Below are positions 1 to 13,994 of a stretch of 64,000 nucleotides of DNA, piece after piece; the stretch's first letter is position 1; every line of letters starts with the position of its first letter. The notes below the pieces were generated by a model. The model was not told where the DNA came from, did no database searches, and worked only from the letters and a program-made list of their open reading frames with translations. Position numbers and translations under genes: made by a program. The stretch spans positions 48,050,001-48,114,000 of the forward strand of contig OX597824.1 in NCBI GenBank assembly GCA_951406725.2. Direction: 5' to 3'. Source of the stretch: Octopus vulgaris. Lineage: Eukaryota.

Positions 1-329
1 ATGCTCTTCCTAAGACCAGCCATTCTATGAAGAATACTAGGTGTCTTTTATGTGTCACTGGAACAGGTGTCTTTTATGTCACCAGTATGGGTGCCATAGA
101 AAATGACATTTGCCCTAGATGCCATGCAGCATGATCAACTATGGAACCTCATGGTTGTGAAACAAACTTCTTAACCATTTAGCCATGTTGCACCTGTGTA
201 TGTGTGTCTCAAACAGATAGGAAGGAAGAGAGAAACAAGTACTATTACACTAAATTTTAACATGCATGCATTAGAGGCCACATACACACATACTAAAATA
301 AAATTTTGACTAAGATGTATTGACAAACC

Positions 330-680
330 AGATGGCTGCACCAGGCTCCAATCTGATCTGGCAGAGTTTCTACAGCTGGATGCCCTTCCTAAGGCCAACC
401 ACTCCGAGAGTGTAGTGGGTGCTTTTATATGTCACCGTCACAAGGGCCAGTCAGGCGGTACAGGCAACGGCCATGCTCAAATGGTGCTTTTTATGTGCCA
501 CCTGTACGGAATCCAGTCCAGCGGCACTGACAACAACCTCACTTGAATGTTTTTTCACATGCCTCCAGCACAAGTGCCTGTAAGGCGACGCAGGTAACGA
601 TCACGTTTGAATGGTGATTTTTACGTGCCACTGGCATGGAAGCCAGTTTGTTGCTCTGGCAACGATCATGCTCAGATGTA
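330..680 (-). mobile_element. Old RTE-type 3' UTR/tail element with internal tandem subrepeats
   Basis: Contains the reverse complement of the GTGGTTGGCGTTAGGAAGGGCATCCAGCTGTAGAAA tail seen after the RTE ORF near 49000, plus repeated TTTTA(C/T)GTGCCAC units. Confidence 0.75.
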
Positions 681-1034
681 TGTATGTATGCATTCATGTA
701 TATGTGCGTCTATTGTGTTTGTCTCCATCACTGCTTGACAACATGTGATGGTTTGTTTATGTGCCCATAATTTAGAAGTTCAGAAAAAGAGACTGATAGG
801 ACAAACTCAAAAGTCAGTATTGGAGTCAACTTGTTTGATTAAATCCTTCAATGTAGTACCCCAGTATGGCCACAGTCCACTGACTGAAATAAGTAAATGT
901 AAAAAGATTGGAAAAAAAAAAGATGAACTTAAGTAGATAAATTTGATGGGAAATATCCAACAGGATATGGAAAGAAAGTATTGGAACAAACCATAAGGCA
1001 ACAATAATATCAATGAAACGTGTAATCTACTTAC

Positions 1035-1141
1035 TATAACTTTAGATGTATATCCACTGTTGATTGCAATGGTATGTATCAAAAGATTGCTTATTGCTGG
1101 ATTTATATCATTAAAGTTTGGCGTTTGTTTATAGTGTATGC
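1035..1141 (-). CDS. ATP2B: PMCA exon: start of nucleotide-binding (N) domain
   Basis: Translates (C)IHYKQTPNFNDINPAISNLLIHTIAINSGYTSKVI, resembling PMCA HYK..P...I..NS.YTSKI. Acceptor TTTCTCTTCTTCAG, donor GTAAGT, 107 nt, phase 1-0, compatible with the previous exon. Confidence 0.92.
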
Positions 1142-1234
1142 CTGAAGAAGAGAAATATATACAAGTTTTAAACTACATATATAAACATACTTTCAGATAA
1201 GTCACAGAAATGAAAATCAGTTTTAAAAGATATC

Positions 1235-1450
1235 AACCCTTTTGATACTGTATTTCTGTTGAAACAAACTTTTATTTCAGTTAATTTTGAAAATAATAAT
1301 TTAGTAAAATAGCTATCATTATTAAGCTGGTGTTTGGAATATAAATTTATACAAGAAATTTTGATGGAAGGTTTTAATTCATTCTCTTGAAAACTAAGTT
1401 TTTATCATAGAAACAAGGGACAGTCTCAGATGGATTGGTATCAAAAGGGC
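1235..1450. mobile_element. Short non-autonomous TIR element (piggyBac-like MITE relic)
   Basis: Ends CCCTTTTGATAC ... GTATCAAAAGGG are inverted repeats. Related internal sequence recurs at ~20750-20870 and ~34670-34860. Confidence 0.55.
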
Positions 1451-3080
1451 AAATGCATAGTGAAAATGACACAATGTTTAAATGAGACGGCCAGGTGGCA
1501 ATAAGGTCAATGACATATCGATCTTATCTGATACAGAAGTATGTTTTATTAAGATGAGCTGAAAATTATATTATGAGAGTAAACACTATAACACTAGATA
1601 ACAATAAGTTTGATATTAACTCCCATACCCTCTCACTTTTTTTGACAAACAAATCCTTTGAAAGGATTTGCTCAGTCAGCTTACCTTTCGACAAAAGAAT
1701 CTGAATGCTATCTTATGTCAAAGCTTCTAGGGAGATAAGATTCAGTGAAATTTAAGTTTATAATACTAGAATGTTAAAGAGTCTCATTAGCTTGAGATTA
1801 GTGTTAAAAAGAGTCTGACTAATCTAAGAAGACATAACTAAAGAAATTGCATATTTCCCTACAGATAAGACAAGATGTCTGTTGACATTCTGTTGAACAA
1901 TGTCAGCAGCATGGTATCATACATTAAAGATATGAATGAGGTGGCCATAGTACTAAACACTGGCATAGGATTGTGGTGCAACAGTTTACAAGCAGGAAAA
2001 TGAATGGCTAATAACCTCCAAGCAAATGGTACTCTTATATGTCTTATACAGACACCAGTAAATATATGTGATGAAACAGAAGACCTCCTCAGCAGAATCA
2101 ATGATGGTAATCTTAAATACGACATCACTGACTATGTTATAAGCTGTATGGATGTAGTTATGTAATTTCATTGTATCCATCCACTGGTAGAGAATTTACC
2201 ATTGCAAAATGTGTGGAACTGATTAGTGATAGTAGATGGTGTTCCATAATGCAGTAAAGAACACCAATTAAACATATCCTGGTGAATCCCTGTTCCACTT
2301 GACCTAAAAGAAGTAGACACCTATTCTTATCATCTTTGCTTTTAAAAAGCTATTGAGTGAATAGAGATGTTCGCAGTATTAGAGCCACAATTGTACATGC
2401 AGCAGGTATTCAGTCTTTAAACTGTCTTAAATAGCCATATATTTAGCTTTGACATCAAATTTTATAAACAAATAAAGGATGGTTGGAGTTGGAATTGCTG
2501 GATACATCACCTATCTTGTTTATGGTGTGGTGTAATGGGCAATTTAAACAAAAATAGCTAAATAGTAAGTATAATCAAGTGTTATACTCTGAGCTTGTGG
2601 ATGATATTAACCTTGTTGTCAAAATGATTCCTCACACTGATAACATGAATGAAGAACACATGATGAGTACAATAAAGAGCTAAGCAAATTCTATCCATGG
2701 TAGCATTAAAGTAACAATTGACTATCCCATTTAGGCACCCAAATAGGCATTTACCAGACACTGAATGATGGATAAAAAATGGTACTATAAATAGTACATA
2801 CAAAAAGAAAAATTTTTTAAATGAGTTAATTTTAATTCTATACTTTTATAATATAGAGCTTTTCTAAGCTCTCCAGGACTTTCAAGAGTTGGTGCTTAGT
2901 GGTTTTATGATGTAAATCAGAAGAGGCATAAATATTGCCAGATGATCTTGTACATATTTTCTAGATACTGAGTAGAAACAGAATGAAATGTTTGCAGAAG
3001 ATGTAAAATTTCTGATCCATAAGAAATCCAGTACCTTATCCACTCAGTCATCTCTACAGAAATTTTAGTTGGTAACTTCA

Positions 3081-3266
<186 letters not shown>

Positions 3267-3463
3267 CTAAAAAAATAAGATTTTAAAACATTATAAAAAA
3301 CAAAAGTAAATAATTTCTATTGTAATTAAATAACTTTTAAATTCACTAATAAACTAGAATTATTTCAGAAAACACGACAAACTATTTTTGTACTTTCTAT
3401 TAAAGTCAATTTAAAAGATATTTAATAGCATTTAATATATGGTACAAATAAGGTAACATAATA

Positions 3464-3679
3464 ATTTCAAATTTTTGCACAGGGCCAGAAATTTTTAGGA
3501 GAGGAGTAAGTCAGTTACATTGATCCCAGTGTTCAGCTGGTACTTAATTTATCATCTCCAAAAAGATGAAAGGCAAAGTTGATCTCGGCGAAATTTGACC
3601 TCAGAATGTAAAGATGGATGAAATGCGATTAAGCATTTTGTCTGACATGCTAATGATTCTGTTAGCTCAATGCCTTACT
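3464..3679 (-). mobile_element. tRNA-type SINE (family B) in a small PMCA intron
   Basis: Diverged reverse copy of the 24979-25215 element, flanked by a 17-bp direct repeat AATAAGGTAACATAATA (3447-3463 and 3680-3696). Confidence 0.85.
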
Positions 3680-3747
3680 AATAAGGTAACATAATATCAT
3701 ATAAAAATAAGAGAATGTTTAGATTAAGAACTCCCTGTAAAACTTAC

Positions 3748-3962
3748 CCGAACGGAGTAAGCCAGAGCTAAAGTGACTGCCAGAGGTAAACCCTCTGGAA
3801 CTGCAACAACTAGAACTGTAACACCTATGATAAAGTATTTAACAAAGAGCTCTAGATATATTGTAGTCTTGTCACTACTCCAAACTTCTTTCTTTACTGC
3901 AAACTCGTGGATACAGAATTTCATGACGAGAATAACAACAGTCAAAACAGCAATTGCTGTGC
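3748..3962 (-). CDS. ATP2B: PMCA exon: TM3-TM4
   Basis: Translates (G)TAIAVLTVVILVMKFC...KYFIIGVTVLVVAVPEGLPLAVTLALAYSVR. Acceptor TTTTACAG, donor GTAAGT, 215 nt, phase 1-0. Confidence 0.97.
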
Positions 3963-4168
3963 CTGTAAAATAAATAAATAAATAAAAGACAATACATATT
4001 TAGCAGTTATCTTTAAGAAGGATATAAAATTTACATTTATTTAGTGGTTAGCTTTAAAAATATTGTATTCTTGGAAGTAAATGAATAAAAAACATTGACA
4101 TTAAATTTTGTAAGTCTTGCTAAATATCACACAGATAAAGAAAATAGGTTTATAAAATTGTAACTTAC

Positions 4169-4390
4169 CTGCATATCCAATTTGGATTGCTAATCTAGTG
4201 AGTTTTGATTGTAACACAGATTTTTCTTTCCGCGTGACTTTTTTAGCTTTTTCTTCTTCCTTCTTTTCGACACATTCTATCTTCTCCTCTTTCTGGTTTT
4301 CAAGAGTTTTCTTATGGCTTCCTGCCTTATGTTCATTGGTGTTTAAGACATTGTTGGAATTGCCTGTAGCAATGTTACTAGGATCTGAAT
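4169..4390 (-). CDS. ATP2B: PMCA (P2B Ca2+-ATPase) exon: end of first cytosolic loop into TM3
   Basis: Translates (D)SDPSNIATGNSN...KEKSVLQSKLTRLAIQIGYA(G), the PMCA KEKSVLQxKLTKLAxQIG motif. Acceptor TTTTCAG, donor GTAAGT, 222 nt, phase 1-1. Confidence 0.95.
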
Positions 4391-7300
4391 CTGAAAATGT
4401 AAGATGAAACAAGTTATTATTGCTAACTGATACATGAGAGAGGTGTGGAAAGGATGTAAGATATCTTGAGAATCACTTTTTCAGTTCTAACTCAGACAGT
4501 ATTTATTTTCTTTATATTGTGTACTTGTATTATTTAATCATTTTGTTTCAGTTTACATTCTAGTAGATTAAAAACAACAATTCTCCAATTCTCTCTTTAT
4601 ACATATAAATGGAGGATATTTCAAAAGAAAACAAGATTTAAACACAAATGTAAAACAAATTTTCTACACAATCAGTTTCTTCAATATTTAATCTCTACAA
4701 ACTATTTTTATTATCCAACAAATACTTAAAAATCAGTTTTATTCAGTATTAATGAATAAAACCAACTTTAATCTTGATACTGTGAAGTATTTTAATTTTA
4801 AAAAAATCACAAGTTATGTGCGAATTCAATACAGTTGGCTCAAGAATAAAACTATTTATTGATAAACAACGATATACCAAAGGCTAAAGTATAATTGGCA
4901 CTGAAAAATTAATATTGATATAAATTTTTTTGAGTTTTCTAAAACACTACACATTTTTGACAGTAACTAGCATTGATAACTCTCTCAAAAACGTTAAATT
5001 GGTATAAAAGGTTTGTCATATTTATCAAAGTTGAAAATAAAATTACACATTTTGAAGTAATTTTTATTAATCACAATAGACATAATTAGTTTTAATACTC
5101 TCTTTTTATCCAGAAAGAATCTTATTATCCAGAAAGAAAGTTGAAATATCAGATGATTTGGTTGATAGCTGCTCATTTGGAGAACATTTATTGCTGCAAG
5201 AAATGATCAATGGTCAAGTAAATTGGATAAGTTAAAATTCATAAGTTTATAATCCAGAGAATATAAACAAACACTTGATTCATGTGATTTTTCTTATGCT
5301 GTATATCTTTGGTTATCTTACAGGAGCACATTCTTTTTTATCACAATGTAGAATCCAGTTCAAGAATGACTCACTAACTTTATGCATGTAAAAGTAACAA
5401 CATTTTCTGTGCACAATTTTTTCTTCTTACTACTCATTAGGCTATCAATCTATTCAAATGTTTAACTGTTTCAGATTGAAATGACATCTGATCTTGGATT
5501 GAGAGACACTATATTGTTTAACTTATCTTTCAAGTAGCTTTATTAGTATCTGCTTCAATCATAGCTTTCGGCATCTCTGTTACCAAGAATTCTAGAGTGA
5601 TTTCTGACAGACGTTCCATTGATGTCTAAATATTACAATATTGTACTGAATGGTAAGTTTTGAGGTAATGGATCTCATCCGTCACAAGTATCATTTTTAT
5701 AACAAATTTTTGCTCAGTTTCAACACATATAGCTTAAGACAGCAAATTCTTTACAGGAAAGGACTGCTGTTTTAATGCAGCAAAAAAGATAAATGGCTGG
5801 CAAGGAATATGGAAAAAGAAATGATGGTAAGATGCTTTTAATCAATAAACAAAGAAAAAACTTCTTGTACCAACCCTGAACTTTGACAAACATGAAAACC
5901 TTTTACCTTAACCAATTAAAATCAAATTCTTAACTTAAAGTAATACAACTAAGTAATAGTTATATAATATTAACATGTTCATTAGTTTCATCAATCCTTG
6001 AACATAGGATTTTGTTACTTTTTAATTGAGGAGAGAGATACAATGATTTTCTAAGCACATGTTGGTAGGAGATAAAAGTTTCATACAAGTACATAGATAT
6101 ATTTTTTTAATTTCTCAAAATCAAGTTTCTGAACATATTAGTATTAAATGTAATTAATTTTTACATAACTTTAATGACTTGTGTAATAGATTTTGTAGAA
6201 GCATTTGAATTCAACAATAACAGTCCAAAACTGTAAAAAAGGGGTCGAGGGGAACAAATGCAATAAAACATACAAAAACAATCCATGTGCACAAAGCATA
6301 AGAAAAAATGTCACCATAGAAAGTGAGTAATCAAATGAAAAGCAAGCCATAGACAATTACACTAAGCTAATTTGACCTACTCTAAATCTTATTTGCTTTC
6401 ATCACAGTTGTTGAAGTCTGTTGAAGTTTACTCACGTCATAATATTGATAATCCAAAGTTCATGGTCTGTCCTTGTGACTTTTGTGTTTGGAAATGTAAT
6501 AATTTGAAAATTTACTTAGGCTAGTGTATTGGTTGTTCCACTTGAACATATATTCCAAAGAAAGCCACATTGGTTTAATAGCAACACAACAAAAAAACTA
6601 CTTAGCATCACAGAATGCTATGCTGTCATATCAAAGTAGCAAGCAAAAAAGAGTTGTCTGAATTTCATAATAGCTGCTTGCACTAGGAGTCAAGCTTTAT
6701 TTGGCAGAGAAATTTGAATTTGATTTCATCACTCCTTTATTGGGATTCATTTGATAGACTTGCTATCAACAGTTACATATATTTCAAGAATTTAATATTA
6801 GTTATGTTCTTGAACTGAACTGACCCAAATAACAATCAATATATATATCAATATATCACAACCAATTTGGTAAGTTTTTCAGGCAGTGACTACATTTTAT
6901 TTCATAGTAAAAACAACTGCCAAACATTCAGCAATTTTTCTGTGACAATTAAAAGCTGTAGTGTCTCAATAACTTTCATGAGTTTATAGGTTTTAAATCT
7001 TAAAAAAAGCTATTTGCATTTAAAATATTACAACATTCAAATCAAAACATTATCAAGATTATAACACATTTTTGATGGACATTGAAATGATTCAAACGAA
7101 GAAAGCACAATAGTTTAAACATATGTTTCACTTTATTCAACTAATAATTGTTGAATAAAATTGTTGCAAATAGCAAAGCAAGCAGAAGACTAGAACTAAT
7201 TTTTCACTCTCAAAGCCATATTTTTCATTTACAAACAGACTATATAAATCAAATTAACAGCTAAAACTTCAAAGTTCAAAATCCTCAGTTGTCAGAATTC

Positions 7301-8424
7301 TTTGAAAAGAAATCAGTTTTGAAGCAGCAAATTTAATACATTCTACATATACTGCCGGGTTTATAAGTCCTACAGACCAAAATCTAGGATCTAAAAAAGT
7401 AAAACAATCTTTGTAATGTACACACAATTTGACTTAATTTTGAAATATATCTGATATATAACATATCTAGTAAGTCATCTTTTATGCACTTGACAATGTG
7501 TGAAACACTTTGGTAATAATGTTTTTTTTCAGTTTGAATTCAAAATGTGCCTGTTGGCAAGTAGAAAGCAAACGTGTTGTCAAAGATTAAATCAACTTGA
7601 GTATACAGATGGAATAACTTAGCAGACCATCAACTCAAGGGTTATTGGGTTATAAATGAGTTCATATCAATCGCACCATGATCCTGGACAAAAAAATTAT
7701 AAACACCTCACTTCAACTGGTTACTGGTACAAATCTTCTAAGAATGTCACATTTAAAAAGGTTGGTTTCTAACGAAAGAAGAAATTCTTCTAGAATCCAG
7801 AATTAAGAAGAAATCCTTTTTATTACTTTACAAAACACTTATAAAATGTTAAATGCGAATAAAAAGAAATACAACAAAGTAGTAAAAATGTTCCAGGAAA
7901 GAAAAACAAAATGGGCCAACCTATTTTAATGTCGAAGACTTGTGTGGTATATTGTAGAAGCTAAGAATCTATTATATTTTAAATTCAGTCTTATGCACTC
8001 AGGTGAAACCCAAATCATACAAAGAAAGTCTAATCAGACAAAATGAAATGTAACTAAGTTTATAAGAAAATATAACTAATATATTAAAAACAATTGATGA
8101 AGAAGTGGGTTTAATTAGAGTTGTATGTAAAAAGAAAAAAAGGTTAAAATTCATTGATATTTCTGTTTTATTTATTTAGCTGTGAAATTTTGAAATATAC
8201 TTCGGTACAGGTGCAAAGAAGATGGTATAATTAAAAAGTTCACTTTGCAATCACATGGGACTGGATTTTATCTTATTGCATGACACCTTGGGTATCTTCA
8301 GCTATAGCTTCAAATCAATCCATAATAATGTGAGTGGAATTTAGAAGTTGGAAGCTGTGCATCCTGTCTATCTGTGTCTCTTTCTCTCTTACACACACAC
8401 ATATATTACTTGTGGGGATTGGAG

Positions 8425-8640
8425 GGAGGGTCAGCAATTGTCAATACTCTACAAAGCTGAAATCAGACCCACAATGCAGTATTGCTCCTACATGTGGGCT
8501 GATACTCCAGTTGCACACATGGATATCCTGGATTGCATCCAAAGATATACCACTCACCTAACAGACACACTGCAGCTTCTGTCCCACTGGCACACCATCT
8601 ATTCTTATTGCCTTTCTTCATCTATTATAATGGCCTCTGT
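8425..8640 (+). mobile_element. Degenerate non-LTR retrotransposon ORF2 C-terminal relic
   Basis: LYKAEIRPTMQYCSYMW...LDCIQR resembles the LYK.IRP.MEYCS.VW...LD.IQR motif of CR1/Jockey-group ORF2. Confidence 0.65.
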
Positions 8641-9765
8641 TTCTTAAAGGGCTAGTCCTTTAGATGTAGTTCTATGATGTTAAGGACATGCTTTCACTAA
8701 GAGAGACTTGCCATCCTAGTAAAGCATAAAATTTGGGCAACTGTGCAGGATTCTAGTAGAGAACTGCTTGTGTGTGTGGAGGTGTGTTGTTTTCTTGATT
8801 TGAGTAGTACTTGCTGATCTAAGAGATAAGATTGGTATAACTCCATTGGAGAATGCTTTCAAGGTCATCATTTATAGATCAGCACAGGTAAGCCATGTGC
8901 TGTCTGGGTCATGATGGGATATGTGGTTGGGAAAGGTTAGTGAGGCATGATGGATCATGTCATCTTATAAAAGTGAGTATTGTTAGACATGAGAATAGGG
9001 GGCAAAAGAAAATCCCGTGGCACATCAAAGCTCATGAGGAGTAAGATAGAAAAGCTCCATCAGTATACACAGTATTGGAGCAAATTGATAGGCAGTTATA
9101 GAACCAGGAGATAAGATATGTATGGAATCTGTAAGTGAAAAGTTTAGATGAGGAATCTATATGCAAGATGCAGTCAATACTTTAACTGAACTTTTATCAG
9201 GGGATCCATATTGAGGAGAGAGAGGAAGATTTAAGGTGTTCAAGAATGTCAATGACTGTTTTATTTACAGCAGATGTGTCAGAAGCGAGTGCAATATATG
9301 AATGTGTACATACACAATGAACTTCTACACACTTTCTCTCAGTCAAGTGCCCAAGGTGGCGTGCAGTGAGACTAAATCCCAAACCATGTGGTTACAAAGC
9401 AAGCTTCTAACCACACAGCCACATAAACATAAACATACATATATATATCTGTAGACTATATATATATATATATATATCTGCAGCTGTTGATAGCAATGGT
9501 AGGAGTGTGCTTAACACCTTGGCCCAGTACTTCGTTTTGTTCAGAGCAGCAAAAAGAAAGAGAAAACCTAAGGAAAACCTAATGCCAGGACAAGACTGGA
9601 GGACAGCACCTTCAAATGCAATCACTGCAGCCAGGACTGTCACTCATGTGTGGGTCTCTATAATCACAGTAGACATTGCTCTACAAATAATGGTGAAGAA
9701 AATCTTTCCAGCATCATAGATCCATGGTCTTTCAAGACTAAGGGAAGTTGCTATATTCTTTCTCT

Positions 9766-11454
9766 CTCATTTATATAGGTCAGTTCATTTGTTTTTTTTG
9801 TTGAAATTCATGGTTGAGGTATGTACTCTCTCTTCATTTCTTCTATCAGTGGGAACACTAATGGCATTCTTCAGTCTAGCTGAATCAGAATCTAATGATT
9901 TCAAAGAGAATCTAATACAGAACAAAGACAATAGAAGAGTTGATACAAACACTATAAGGGGGTGGGTGTGAAAGTGGTATCAGCAACAACTATAGTAGTA
10001 GTTGTAAAAGTAGTATAGTGACAGTTGTAGTAACAAACTAATGTCTTTTAAATTACAAAAATTCTAAAAGCAAAATTGTTCATAATTAAACACTCTACAC
10101 TACTGCTTAACAATCAGAAAGGCCCATAAAGAACACTTCCTTTGCTGGATCAGACCTAGCCACCCCACTTTGGACTTTCACAACATTAGGGCTGCTATCA
10201 CACCCATCTGTCAGTGCTAGCTTAAAAAAACATACACTTAGCAGCCACATTTTCGAGTTTAATAATAAACTTTATAAAAAGGTGAAAGGCAGCACAACTG
10301 GGATTGGAATTGCAGGAGCTGTCACTAGAACTTTTATAGTATGGTATGACAGACATTTCAGAGAAAAGCTAGTGGCTCTTGCTGTTCACTTGGCAATGTA
10401 CTCTTGCTATGTAGATGACATTGGTCCTGTGTAAAACTTGCCACATGCTGTTGGTCAGATGAAAACACAAGATGATGGTGATACAATATGTAACCAACTC
10501 TATGCATTATAGTAAAAAAGTTACTGTAGACTGCCCCTCTAAATACTCTTGTAGAATATTCTGTTTTTGATACAGAGTTGTGGATTGAGGATGTCATGAT
10601 CAATGAAGTAATGAAACCATGCACACTCCACTAACACTATAGCAAACCACAAATCCACATATTGATCACAAATTAAAAACACTGTAAATCAGATAAGGTG
10701 TCTAGAAGGAGCATGTGCAAATCTCCCTGAATCCTATGTAGGTGATACTTCTAAGAGTTTTAAAGTTTCCATGGAGTACTGGAATAGCTATGTTGAAAAG
10801 AGACCAACCTCTTTCTTTTCTAACAACATGCACTTGATTACCATAATAGCTCCATAGATTTAGATTAGATATCATATCCATGTCTCTGATACTATACTAA
10901 GGCAAGTCACAGAGTCTGTCTGCATATGCATAGCCTCAACTGCAAAAACTGTACACCTCATGTGAAAAGTGCTCAATTTTCCACCCTTCTGCCTCTCTGT
11001 AACCTTTTATTTACTATTACTTTTTATCCACTCTTTATCCATCATCATCATTTTATCATTATTATTATTATGTTATTTTTAGTACCCATACCAATTTTTA
11101 GTATTTAGTTTTTCATCTGCTTAATTAGCAACCATTTTCATCTATAGAATTTTTGTTATTTAGTTAAATTTAAAGGATTTACTATATTTGTCACTAAAAG
11201 TGCCATAATACCACTTTTGCTGCTGCTGCTGCTACTACTACTACTGCTGTTGCTTGCACTCTCATACTGTTTGTATCAACTTTTCTCCCTATTATGTCTG
11301 TTCTATTGTCATGAACTGATAAATTCTTTTCTCTGAAATGATTAAACTCTGATTCTGCTAGATTGTACAATGCCATAAGTGTTCCCACTGAAAGGAGAAA
11401 TGAAGAGATTGAAATGAATTTCAATCAAAAACCAAATTAACTGACCTACAATGA
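9766..11454. repeat. Long diverged inverted repeat (~250-bp arms: 9766-10025 and 11195-11454)
   Basis: Arms are reverse complements; both translate SSFLLSVGTLMA...LAESE on opposite strands. Confidence 0.85.
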
Positions 11455-12898
11455 GCACCAGGTGATGGTAACCAGAATGACTGCTTAAAACCTACCAATG
11501 GCTACATATATTGATCAATAGCCTTGTCTCAGACCAGTTGCAGTGAAACTTGTGTCAGTAGTCAGGTTGCAGATACTGAGAAGAAAATTTTGACATAAAT
11601 AATTGAAGTTAACATCTTTTAAATCACTAACAAATGTCTTCAATGCTGTAATTGCTTTAGTTATAACACATGGTCTCAGACCAAATTACTTGTTAGACAA
11701 CTCATATATATCTATATACATACACACACACATTTCATCATATTGAATTGTTAATCCCAGCACATTTTTCTCTCTTCGTTTTTTCCTCTCTCATCCCTTT
11801 CTATCAAAGAGCTTAGGTTCAAAACTTCAAAGATTTTTCCTTTTTCCCAAGCATCAAACTAATGCACCTGCTTGTTCTTTCACCTGTCTTTGTCTTTTGT
11901 TTTCTGTACATATCACCTATATATTTAACACACACATATATACGCAGATACATCTCTCTCTAAATACATACGTATGTATATAAACTGAACTTCATCAAGC
12001 CTACATTATCACCCATCTCCTTATATCTCCCTTCTAGGACTGGCATCTCTTCATTATTCACATCATACCTTTTTCCTGTGTTACTTCTATTACCTCCCAA
12101 CATCCCACAACCTCTCCTTACAGCTCTTGAATGCCCTCTAGCTTTTCCTTTTTCTTGCTGCACCTACCTACTGTTTCATCCCTTTGCTTTCTCTCCTTCT
12201 TTTGCACTGTCTCCTCCTCTATAATGCTTCTGTAGTATTAACACACTGCTCTTCTTCCTGCTTGTATGGTACTCTCCAGTGTCTACTTCTCACCCATCTC
12301 CTTCTACCATCTTTTCTCTCACAGAACTCAACACACCTCATTTCCCCACCCCCTGGCACAACTTCCCACATATCTCTTTTATTCATTAATTCATGCAGGA
12401 TTCTTTTCCCACTTAGTCTGTTTCTCCCCGTTCCTTTCTTTACTCACAGGTTATAATGTCAACTAGCCTAACACAACTCATCTTCTCACCTTTCAACTCT
12501 ACATCCACCTTTTCTCAGCCCTCCCACTAATCCTTTCCCCTCTCCCTTGTTCCCTGCCATAGTTCCCCAGCCTTCCCTCCTACATGCCATTCCTTCAGCC
12601 CTTCACCTAGGATCATTGTCTACTGTCTCTTCTGTCCTCCCACAGTTATAGGGGCTACTTTGGAGCCCCTATAACATTGCAAGTTATCAATAGTACTAGT
12701 ACCATGAGAAAAACACTCAGTACACTTTGCAAAGTGGTTGGCATTAGGAATGGGATCCATTTGTAAAAACCATGCCAAAACAAACACTGAAACAGTATAC
12801 AGTCCTTTCACCCATTAGATCCTGTCAAACAGTGTAGCCTAAGCTATTATGGAAGCTGAATGGTAAATAATGATCATTACAGACACACACACACATCA

Positions 12899-13185
12899 AG
12901 GCCCACGGCTTAGTGGTTAGGGTATTTGGTTCATGATCATAAGGCAGTATGTTGTATCCTTGAGTAAGACAATTTATTTCACATTGCTACAGCTGGCAAA
13001 AACAAGCTGTACCAGTAATTCAAAGGGCCAGCCTTGTCCCTCTCTTTGTCATACCGAATCTTTTGAGAACTACATTAAGGGTATGTGTGTCTGTGGAGTG
13101 CTCAATCGCTTGCATGTTAATTTCATGAGCAGACTGTTCTGTTCATGATCAACTGAAACATTTGTTGACATAAGCAAGAGAACCA
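12899..13185 (+). mobile_element. Old tRNA-type SINE (family C)
   Basis: A-box-like GGCTTAGTGGTTAGG head followed by CTTGAGTAAGACA.TTTATTTCAC.TTGCT core, which is shared with 26390-26430. Confidence 0.6.
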
Positions 13186-13414
13186 GGCCATATATACATA
13201 TATATATATGCATGTATATATACACTTATGTCACACATATCTATAAATACACACACACACACACACATTTGCAGAGTAATGTATGGATTTATAGAATTGT
13301 GTGGCTATCACTGAAAGCTTCTCTAACAGACTCAGTTAACAGAGTATAATGCAGAGTTCCTTGCAGTTGAAATCCAGAAGATCTGACTAATGAAATTATT
13401 TCATGAGGAGTATA

Positions 13415-13697
13415 TAAATTATAAAATGTCAGGACGTATGAGAAGTACTATTTTTATTTAACCACTTGACATCTTTAGCATTACAGCCATTTCACAGCCT
13501 TTTTCATGTAATAATAATTTCAGTGCATAATAAATTATGTTTACATGTCTGCATTAATATGCATGTTACACATTATACATCTATATGAACTTATGGACCT
13601 TAATTTCAATCACATTTTCTAATTAATTTGAAACAACATCTTTGTTTTCACTGACCGTACCTAACTAATGTTATCTAGTCTCGATCATTCATAGATA

Positions 13698-13736
<39 letters not shown>

Positions 13737-13917
13737 CATAAGAGTGGCTGTATGGTAAGTAGCTTGCTTACCAACCACATGGTTCCGGGTTCAGTCCCAC
13801 TGTGTGGCACCTTGGGCAAGTGTCTTCTACTATAGCCTCGGGCCAACCAAAGCCTTGTGAGTGGATTGATTTGGTAGACAAAAACTGAAAGAAGCCTGTC
13901 GTGTATATATATATATA

Positions 13918-13994
<77 letters not shown>

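Noticed and set aside
1860-2530. Possible decayed LINE ORF on the minus strand
   Set aside because: Only vague motif resemblance; family and boundaries cannot be supported.
7712-7768. 57-nt AG/GT-bounded segment
   Set aside because: Contains an in-frame TGA in phase 1; no evidence for a poison exon.
13742-13830. tRNA gene suggested by A/B boxes
   Set aside because: It is the tRNA-derived head of a multi-copy SINE; I could not fold a cloverleaf.
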